From Centroscyllium fabricii (taxonomy: Eukaryota): 64,000 bases of DNA. The DNA lies in the NCBI GenBank assembly GCA_051313645.2, contig JBNRSN020000005.1:82274001-82338000 (forward strand). Direction: 5' to 3'. The position numbers and the translations under genes were made by a program. Position 1 is the stretch's first letter. Each line of letters begins with the position of its first letter. Below, one piece after another: positions 13,063 through 22,640 of the stretch. Under the pieces are notes generated by a model, which saw only the letters and a list, made by a program, of their open reading frames with translations, was not told the origin of the DNA and did no database searches.

Positions 13063-13552
13063 GGGCCAAAATTTTCCCAGAAGTGTGGGGAATTGGCGGG
13101 TTTCCGGCGGGTCAGTATTCTGACACGAATCTTTAAGGGCCTGGGAGCCCCACCCAATGTTGGCTCAATTGGCCAATTGATTTCCAGCATGTGGGAACCC
13201 TTGGCAATTGACTATTTCCAGTCAGAAAGTCGCACAATATGATGTCATCATTGCTGGTGCATTTCAAGTCCACAGCAAGCCTTGCTTCTGCTGCGGACTG
13301 CCAACCTTGTGCCCTTTCATGCCAGAAGGACCTGGAGGCAGAATGACCATCGAGAGACCTAGGTCTGCTTCCAGGTTTGATGATGTAGCCCTGCAAGCTT
13401 CAGTTGAGGGAGCAGGAGCTCATAAAGAGGTGCTCTTCCCTTCTTCATGGAGGAAGAAGTCTCCCCAGTAGGCTGTGTGTATCCAGGTAGCAGAGGAGGG
13501 CAACTCATTATCAGTACCCCGCAGAACCTGGATTCAGTGCAGGAAGAGATTT
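13063..13552 (+). pseudogene. End of a Harbinger element with a decayed Myb/SANT-like DNA-binding gene (coding remnant 13343-13552)
   Basis: TIR-like GGGCCAAAATTTTCC at 13063; reading through one stop gives RSASRFDDVALQASVE...EVLFPSSWRKK...QVAEE...RRTWIQCRKRF, matching the trihelix Myb/SANT-like domain of Harbinger ORF2/NAIF1-type proteins. Confidence 0.8.
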
Positions 13553-16489
13553 CCAGTCATGTATTATTGTAGATGTGTTTTCATCTCATTTTTTTCCTTC
13601 AATTTTCAGCGGCTATTTGCATGTGATTAATACTTGTAGAAAAATTAAAATTGTCTTGGATGGTGATGGTATCACAACACTAAAAATCAGAATTATTTCT
13701 AAAGGTGGTAGTTTCACATTACTTGAGGTTAGCACATGCGATTTATCTCCGATCCCGTCCCGGCCTCATCCTCACTGCCCCCTCATGCGCCACCCTCCCT
13801 TCCAATCCCTGAATCTTGGCCAGGCAATCAGAAGAAGGATCTCCCCAATAGGAAAATGTAAATGAAGTCAGTCAACCCCAGCCACTCTTGTATGTCTTCC
13901 AGCAGATGATGGGAGAGCAGTGTTGAAAGCGACCCAGAAACAAATCTGTTGCCCCTTCTCTGTGGTTTGTAGGAACTTAAGCTGAGGGTGAGAAAAAATA
14001 AAATTATCTTCGTTGGAGAGGGAAAAATTGAAATCCATATTTTTATTTTTTTAAATGAACACACTTATAAAATATGAAATTTAATTCCCTTATGAAAGAC
14101 CAACGAGTTACTTGCCATTAAATGGTTTTTCCCACTCAGGAAATAAATGGCAGATTTTCACTGGCTTTGTGTTACACCACAGGGTGGTGGCACCAGGGAT
14201 CGCATTTAAATTGCTGGACAAGGCCAGGCACTTACCTACAGGAAGGGAGGAAAAACCGGAGTGAGCCATCCCAGAACACTTTTGCACCCCCTGGTGGCCA
14301 GTTCAGAGCAGCATTGGCAGTGCTCTGGGATCAGATTGCCCAGCCTCTCTGTTGCAGCCAGTGCACATGACAGGGAGATCAAAGAAAGAAATAATGTAAC
14401 TGAAAGAAGCTGGAGGAATCTTAGCCTCGCCAAAATAACAAAAATGATTTCCACTGTGCTAAATATATACTCACTATTATTTCCCGGTAACCAAGTGAAT
14501 GATGAAATTTGTGGTGATTATGTGAGAATTATTATTCCTCCATCGTATATCAGTGCAGAGAGTATACTAGTTGTGCCCGACTTCAAGACAGCCCACCAGG
14601 GTAAACAGGGTGGTAGTGGTCTAAAATTAGCATCAGATCACTTACTGCCCCATTTACGGTGGAACTCCGGCTGCCAACACCTGGGAAGGGGCCTTACGAT
14701 GGATGGCCAAAGCACCTGCCTGTTTGTAGCGACAGGCCCTTTTAATCTACAAGTTGAATCTTATGGCGTGGCTATGTATGCTTCGCACATTTACTCCAGG
14801 AAGTAATTTCAAAAAATGGCCCCAAAACGTTCTGGATTTCATTTTTGTGGGGCCAAAAGGCCAGTCTCCACAGGAGTACGGTGGACCGCTGTTACCCCGG
14901 GCTCAGCTGCTCCCCTGCCCCCCACCCCCTCTCCACCCTCACCCCCGGCACCACAATCAGTTCTCACTCCCTTCCCCCCCCCCCCCCCCCATCCCTGGTC
15001 CGACATGCCTGCTGGTCAGCTCAGTATTCCTCCACTGGCCAGCAAGAGCAGGATGCCCGTTCGAGGCGTGCAGCTTGCTGGGGACATGCTAACGCTGATC
15101 CAGCGGTCGATCGCACGAAGGTCAAAATTTACGCTGTTATCTCTATCCTCCATGAAAGTCACTGCTCACGAAAAAAAGTCAAAGCCATATAGGAGTCTCC
15201 AAAGTGCGTGTGTGAGATTGGGTGTCTGTGCATAGCACTTGCTTAAAAATGATGATCTATGGCGTTGCACAAAGACAAAGCGTAGTCTTCAGGTGAAGCA
15301 GGTTAGAAGATGGAGAATAATTGGACCAGGATATGTGGATGCAAAGATTTTTAATAAGATATATGCTGTCCAGGAGTGATTTTGCTGATACAATTTTATT
15401 TTGTGGGTTCAGGTGGAAATAGTCAAAAATTGAGCTTTGATTTTGTTTATGATTTATTAGGTCGACCTGAAGAGATTAATGATATTATTTCTATATATTT
15501 TAAGGCCGTGCCTATTGATTGTTTTGATTGATATGATGATCGAATATTTAGATACATAAAAAATGACACAACATTTTGGTGAGAACCTGAATTCAGTGTC
15601 ATGTCTTGTGCATTTTTACAGCTGAGCTCACTTTGGTCAGTTTACTTTTAAAGCCAGTTCAATTGCCTTGCTAAATGCTGCAATATTAATAAACATACTG
15701 GTGTTAGTTTTGTTTTCTTACAATATCAACTGCCTTCTACAGAACAGAATTTAGACTAGTTGGATCAAAGTTGCAGTAGTTCTTAACTCAATGGCAATCC
15801 ATTATTTGAATTTGAAATCAGAAATTAAAAAAAGTCTAATTGGTTGATTAACACAACCCTATATGTCAAATAATATTACAGATTCTGAGGTCTTTTTTCA
15901 GCTATCAGTTACTTTACCACATTAGTGTTTAAGTTGCTGATTAAACTGTAAATTAGTAGCTGCACCTAGATTTAATTTTGGGATTGCAGTTATGGAAAAC
16001 AGGAGAATAGCCACAATTTTCCACCATTAATCCCTATCCTTCCAAAGTCAAGAAGAAAACAGTACACCATTCCCTGACCAAGAGACTTATTCTCAGCTCT
16101 GTATGTATCATTATTAAGCTGGCCATAATGATATGCATACATAACAGCAGGATGGACTGACTTGCCCTCATTTTCATTTGCTTTTCCTTGCTCCATCTGG
16201 AGAAATGGCTCCTTCAGATGACCTGGCTGAGATGGAGGACTCACCAGATGAAGGATTGTGGGAAAGAACCAGTTCTGTACCACAGTGAGTTTAATGCGCA
16301 GTTGCTCCATGCCATTCTGTCTTCCTGCTCACAGTTTTTCTAATTTGTAGGGAAGTTTATATTAACATGTTGTTAGCATACATTTCTTTTTTTTTAATGT
16401 ATGCATTCTTTTAGTTTACATAGCTTCTATGGAGGCTACATTGACAATGACTTGATAAAATTACTTTAAAACTTTATTGTTACATTTTT

Positions 16490-17820
16490 GGGGCTGATTT
16501 TAATTTGGACAAATAATTGTTAACTGGGCAGTAAAGATATCCAAATAGGGTTAGTTATCACCATGGTAACACTTTTTAAAGGGGCCTTGGGTGGCTGAAG
16601 CGCCCGTCTATTTCAGGCAGTAAGCCTCGTGATTATGCAAATAAGAGTCCTATGACGTAGTTAGGATGCCAATTGCAATTTTCACGTGGACAGCATGCAT
16701 TGAACAGCCTATCTAGTGGTCCTTAAAGGGACCGCTGCTGGCCGCTCCAAAAATGACCCAGAAATGTTTCTTGGTTATGATTCTGTGGAGCCAAGAGGAT
16801 CAGGACTGTTCCTCTGAGTTCCACAAAAACACTGCAGGTCGCTGCTGGTCCGGGTTCGCCCACCTCCGTGTTTGCCTCCCTCCCCCGTTCACATTTCCTT
16901 TCAACCTCATCCACCTATCTTTCTCAATTTCAGAAGGTGATAAAATAAATGCCTCACTAGATTGTGACTTCGGCTGAAAACTAGCACAGATTTATTAAAC
17001 AGCAAGTGGATAAGTGAACAGAAGCAATGATGCACTGTTGAATGCAGTCGATACAGGCTTAACTATCCCGCCTCAAAAGGTAGAAAATAACAAAAACTCA
17101 CACTGGCTGCAATACAAACTTGTCTGGACATGGAGGCCCCGATTTGAAAGGGTGGTGGGAACAGTGCACGAGCCCCAAAGCAGGCGGTGCACCCAGACAG
17201 TTCGGGGACGTGGAGGCCCGTTCGATCTTAATGGCGTGGCCTCATTTAAATAAAAGTTCCCGTCACCCGACCAGATTTATTACCTGGCCAGTGGGTGGGA
17301 GCAGTAATTTGGTGGCAGGAGGCCGAAGCCAGTGGCCCGTGAGAACAGTCACTGACAGTCAGTGGCAGGAGGGGTCTGGAGGTGCTCGGGGGGGCGGGGG
17401 GAGGCCAGGCCTGGGGAGGCCCAAGGACTCCTTGCGACTTGGGGGGAGCACACCTGCTCCTCCTGACCCACACACTCAAGGAGTTCTAACCATGGCAAAT
17501 TTTTAAAACTAATCTTGGCCTCTTCTGGCCAGTGGCGCCTTCCGCCATGGTTTTGCTATCGGGCTGCAGCCAATGCGTGATTCCCCTGATGTGAAGTTAA
17601 TATTATGTTACAGTACCGATGATGTCATCGGGCTGCAATTTTTGAATTTAAGTAGGTCCCTGCCTGCTTTTAGTGTGAGCCTCATCAATGGCCTGAGTCG
17701 GCATCATATAAATCACGGTGGCTGGGAACGCAGCGGATTGGAGCCAGGAGCTAGAATTTTGACATTTTAATCCCTCCCATGCACTATTCTTGCTGGGTGA
17801 GGAGGGTTAAAATCCAACCT
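16490..17820. mobile_element. Decayed Harbinger-like non-autonomous element
   Basis: Ends GGGGCTGATTTTAA / GTTAAAATCCAACC resemble the TIRs of the other MITEs, and the interior is GC-richer than the flanks. No clean TSD. Confidence 0.45.
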
Positions 17821-19421
17821 GGGGTCTCTGAGTGTTATGTATTTATGTGCTGGTTTGCTGCTGACTGTCCACAGAGTTTCTCTAATGTATCTGTCTCCCT
17901 CTCATGGTTTAGAACAGGCTGAGGAATACATTTTAAAGGAAATTGTCTGGGTAGAATAAAGTTATACTTGTATCTCTTAAACTCCAATATATATATATAC
18001 AAATAAAACCTGCAAGATGCATGTGTTTGAATTGAGGGGATTGACCTCTCCCTATAGACTTCTGTTAAGACACAACATCTATATTCTGCAATTGCTGTTT
18101 CAAAAAAGCTGGACCATTTTCCATGAATGAACCTGTTTCATGACAGAAAGAAAGTAGCCAATTCCCTGTCACATTCTTTGTCACAACGGTTTTCTTAGCG
18201 CTTGCACATTAGTATATTTCTTTTGTATTTAGCATCCAAATTTGGGATTTTAGAATTATGATTGCCAGAATATTTTCACTCATGTAATGGAACATTTCTC
18301 CAAAATGTAGCGATATGAGCCAACCATGGTGTTCATTGTTTCTGTCTCAAGTTTTCACTTTTTTTCTTTCACGTTCTTCAGTCTTTTGCTTTTTCAGTAT
18401 AAACCTACTTGGAACTTTTGTTGTAATCACTATTTATTTTCCTTTATCCATTGGAGAACCGTTTGATATTTAAATTAAACAAAGCAACATTCCAGTGATA
18501 AGAATAACTAGTGAGTAGCGACGTGCATTCTTTTGATCCGTTATCTGTGTGTATTTTAAAACAGTTTATTTTAGATAAGTGCATAGGAAAAATGAAATGT
18601 TATTGATATATTTGATAAGCGTTTTAATTGCACTGCGGCTGTGAGGCTGTGAATGCTATCAGCCTGCTTTCGCTATCAGCATTTGAAAGCAATTCTTCAA
18701 TATTTGGTGATAATATTTTTGATTATGTTGTGACGTTAATGTTTTGCTATTAAGTGCACATGATCAGATACATTTGATAAGACCAAAGACTCTGGAGTCA
18801 GTTGTCTGTGCTTTTTTCACAAAGTTAGATAAAAACTGAACCGTACCACACAGATATGGAAGGATAGTGCAATTTAAATGTATTTTCAGTTAAGTACTTG
18901 AACTTGAGTTTCAGTAGCTTGTTGGATATTTAAGTAATTTCTTTTCAGGGCTGTTAATGTTTCTACACAATCTCAAAACATGCAAGCAGGTTATGCCATA
19001 TTTTGATTACTATCGTCATATTTTCTGATGAAGATACTGAATGAAGTGATTGACCATAAAGTCATAAAAATAATACTTTAATTTTGTGCCAAGAATAGTT
19101 TGATACTTTATTATAATTTCCTGTTTTGTAAATTAGTGCTTAAAAGAAAATTTAACATGGTGAAGTCAATCTTTTCATTGCACGTCTCCATTTTTCAATA
19201 CTATGGTTAAAGCATTTGTATGCCCTATCCATTGCGATCATTTGTAGTGACTGATGCTGGGCTTTAAGTTTCCATGAGATGCATTTTTCTCCAGATGTTC
19301 CTATCATTTGAGACCGCAGTAGCTTGTTTAATATTTTATATTTAAAATGTCAGTTGATGCAAGTAAGTAATCATCAGATAATGAAGCCTTTAGTAAACAG
19401 CAGCCAATAGTTGTAATAATA

Positions 19422-19776
19422 CAGGTTGAGCACCGGTAATCTGGCACCCGATGGTGGTTCGGCCACCTTCAGTGGTTCGGCACGAATTGAAACCGGCGGT
19501 CTTCAGTTTGCGGAGCAGCTGCTCGGCGGCGCCACCATTTCCTGCGAAGAGTAGGCGAAGGCGTCGGGCATTTGGGTTTCTGCTTTTTAGTGTTCTATCC
19601 CCGGGCTCCCTTCCGGGGAGTGTTCTACCCACGCACTCTGGGCCCCAAGGAGTGTTCTACCTGCGCGCTCCGGGCCCCGGGGAGTGTTCTACCCCCGAAC
19701 CTTCAGTGGTTCAGAATTTTCAATGGTCCGGCACCGGTCTGGTCCCGAGGGTACCGGATTACCGGTGCTCAACCTG
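19422..19776. mobile_element. Tc1/mariner (Tigger/pogo-like) MITE, complete
   Basis: TIR CAGGTTGAGCACCGGTAATC at both ends, TA on each side; short internal tandem units containing GTGTTCTA at ~19590-19700. Confidence 0.9.
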
Positions 19777-20377
19777 TAGTATAAAATTTGTTGATGGTAG
19801 CAAGCATACAAGGGAAAATTATTCAAAGGAATTGTGAGCAATTAGGCAAATAAACAGTAAGCATTGATTGTATGCAGACCAATAGGCTTGTTGAGGTTGT
19901 CCTACTTCAAGATAGAGTCCACCCTTGACAACAGTGGCTAGACTGTCGGAAGGTATTGACTAGAGCAGTACCAGACGTATGAATGTTTAAGTCAAACATC
20001 TCCGTTGACACCAGGAGCAAATGAATTGCTGTAGTTGCACCTCGAAATTCTGTAGCAATAAAAAAAAGTCCACACTCAATATCATAAACAAAGCTTCATG
20101 TGCTTTGCTTCTTCAGCTGAGGTATTCTCTCTAAGTCAGTGTTGTTGCTTGGAATTCTGTGGTTCACATGCAGAAGTTCAAATGCAGAGTTAACTATTAC
20201 TTGTTGAACCAGAGTTGCTAGAACAGGCATTAGGCTATTGAAAATATGTGACTTGCCCATTGGTACCCCAATTCAGTCGCCCCATGTCTTTCAGTGCTCA
20301 GAAATATAAATAATATAATGAGGAGTAGACTTCACACGGGGTGGGGGTGGGGGGTGTGGGGTGGATGGGGTGTGGCG

Positions 20378-20526
20378 GGGAGTGAAATTGGACTCTGGCA
20401 GTGGTGCAAAATGGTCACTAATTAATTGACAGCCTGTTTTACACCCTGCCCCATTGATGCCAATATAAAAGAAAATGGGGTGAGGTGTAAAATGGGCTGC
20501 GACTGCCAGAGACCAATTTAACTCCC
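20378..20526. mobile_element. Mini hairpin MITE
   Basis: GGGAGTGAAATTGGACTCTGGCAGT pairs with ACTGCCAGAGACCAATTTAACTCCC; inner arm CAGCCTGTTTTACACC..CCCCATT pairs with AATGGGG..GGTGTAAAATGGGCTG. Confidence 0.7.
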
Positions 20527-20764
20527 TGGAAGTCCTTATCTGTCATTTATATCAGGAAAAATGCAGAATAACAAACTTTTCTTTAAATTCCAGTTGGCTC
20601 TTGCGTCATTGTGGTAATTGTTTTGTGGAAAATAGGGTCAAATTAATGAGGCATTGATCCTAGGTACACCTGGTTATTAAATCAACTAAAACAATCCCCT
20701 GCGGCATTCGCAAAACTTGCCCACCTCTCCCAAAAATCTTCGTGGCAAAGTTACTATGAACCAG

Positions 20765-21025
20765 TGTGGTAACCGTTGTTACCATCTGTGTATAGTTGTG
20801 TATAGTTGCGAGTGCATTGGCGGGACTTGATCTGTATACTGTATGTAAGGCCAGGTCAGCTACACCTCTAACTCCTCCCCTCAGGTGGGAGCTTATAGGT
20901 AAGGGCCGCCCTGCCCCCGTTCATTCTCACCTTGTGCTCGACTGGAGACTAGCTCCATTATAAAGTTAATAAAAGCCTGTAGTTAAGGTAACTACTCGTC
21001 TTTTGTCTTAATTGACGATACATCA
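20765..21025 (+). repeat. 5' LTR
   Basis: Direct repeat of 25648-25908 with 3 substitutions by eye; TATA-like TTATAG ~20893, Inr-like TCATTC at 20921, AATAAA at 20968. Confidence 0.97.
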
Positions 21026-21047
21026 ATTTTATTAACTTTATTTTAAA

Positions 21048-22405
21048 ATGGAGAGTAACGCAGTGAAACCGGACCGACTAATTATAAATCCTCAAGAACC
21101 CGACGCTGCTAACAATTTCGAACACTGGTTCGGCCTGGTCGAGGCGGCACGGTGGCATAGTGGTTAGCACAGTTGCCTCACAGCGCCAGGGGCCTGGGTT
21201 CAAATCCAGCCTCGGGTGACTATCTGTGTGGAGTTTGCACATTCTCCCCGTGTCTGTGTGGGTTTCCTCCGGGTGCTCCGGTTTCCTCCCACAGTCCAAA
21301 GATGTGTGGGTTAGGTTGATTGGCCATGATAAATTGACCCTTAGTGTTAGGGGGATTAAATATGTGGGGTTACGGGGATAGGGTGAGATGTGTGTCGGTG
21401 CAGGCTCGATAGGCCGAAATGGCCTCTACCTGCACTGCAGGGATTCTATGATGATTCTATGAAAGCCGCAAAGGCAACACGCGATGAGGACAAACTACAA
21501 GTCGTCTCGTCACGGTTCAGCAGCCGGGTGTACTCCTTTATCCACGGCCTCACGACATAGTTGAAGGACTGCTACATGCGCCCGGTCCACTCGGTCTATG
21601 CCAGGCATGTCCTGGCGACCAGACAACAACGACTCGGCGAGTCGAATGAACAATTCCTTTTGGCACTTCAAGCCCTCGCACGGGCCTGCGACTGCCAACC
21701 AAGAATGGCGCAGGAGGAGACGGATCTCCTCGTACGAGACACATACATGGCTGGAATCAGGTCCAACCAGGCCCGCCAGCGGCTGCCGGAAAAGGACACT
21801 CTGTCGCTGGAGGAAGCGATCACAATATCGAATGCAGTGGACGGAGCACGCTGCAAGCTGGAGGCGTATGGCTGCCAAGGCCCACATGATACCCTCGATC
21901 TCTGGGCACCACCACGACAGGCCGAGAACCCCACGATGGCAGCGGCTGCTGCGAAGATGCCGGCGGGGCACAAGTGCTACTTCTGCGGCCAGGGAAAGCA
22001 CCCGCGAACGCAGTGCCCCGCGAGGAGCGCGACTTGCGAGCGGTGCGCGAAAAAGGGGCACTATGCCAGAGCATGCAAGTCCAACCCAGCGTCCAGCTCC
22101 AAACCCAACAGCGCGGCCTGCGAAAACTCCAACGCCATTCCATGGCCTAAGGTAAAATGTTGCAGCGCGACCCAGCAGCGGTCCGGGGGTAAATCGCGGG
22201 CGCTTCAGTCCCCGATATCTGTACGGCAGAGGCCGGCCGCATGTGCGGCACAGGCGCTGCCACCCCAAAGGCGACAGCGGCCGGCCATGTGCGACCCCCC
22301 GGCGCCGCCATCTTGCCCAGCGCGGTCCGCCGCGTGCGAACCACGGGCGCCGCCACCTCGTCCACCGCGGTCCGCCGCGTGCGAATCACGGGCGCCGCCA
22401 TCTCG
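21048..22405 (+). pseudogene. gag: Gypsy gag, split by a SINE and an in-frame stop
   Basis: ATG 21048 MESNAVKPDRLIINPQEPDAANNFEHWF; resumes after the SINE (KAAKATRDEDKLQVV...), TAG at 21558; two Cys/His zinc knuckles (CYFCGQGKHPRTQC, CERCAKKGHYARAC). Confidence 0.9.
21143..21461 (+). mobile_element. HE1-type V-SINE inserted into gag
   Basis: tRNA head (A box TGGCATAGTGG, B box GGTTCAAATCC), V-domain TGTGTGGAGTTTGCACATTCTCCCCGTG...CCTCCCACAGTCCAAAGA, GATTCTAT-type CR1 tail. Confidence 0.93.
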
Positions 22406-22640
22406 TCTGCCGCGTGCGAATCACGGGTGCCGCCATCTTGTCCACCGCGATCCGCCACGTGCGAATCACGGGCGCCGCCATCTTCTTCTCAGCGGCCAGC
22501 CATGTGCGATCCCCCGGCGCCGCCATCATATCCACCGCGGTCAGCCGCGTGCGAACCACGGGCGCCGCCATCTTGTCCACAACAGCCGGACTCAAACACG
22601 TTGCCAGCGCCGCCATCTTGCGAGCGGCCATCTTGCCAAC
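22281..22640 (+). repeat. 45-bp GC-rich coding tandem repeat between gag and protease
   Basis: Units start ~22326, 22371, 22406 (previous unit 10 bp short), 22451; they encode SAACEPRAPPSCPPR-like peptides. Confidence 0.9.

Noticed and set aside
14261-15235. 181-aa and 139-aa ORFs
   Set aside because: No domain motifs; they overlap decayed GC-rich MITE-like fragments and a C-run.
21143-21215. tRNA gene
   Set aside because: The A/B boxes belong to a SINE head continuing into the V-domain; the same applies at 36222, 60045 and 62684.
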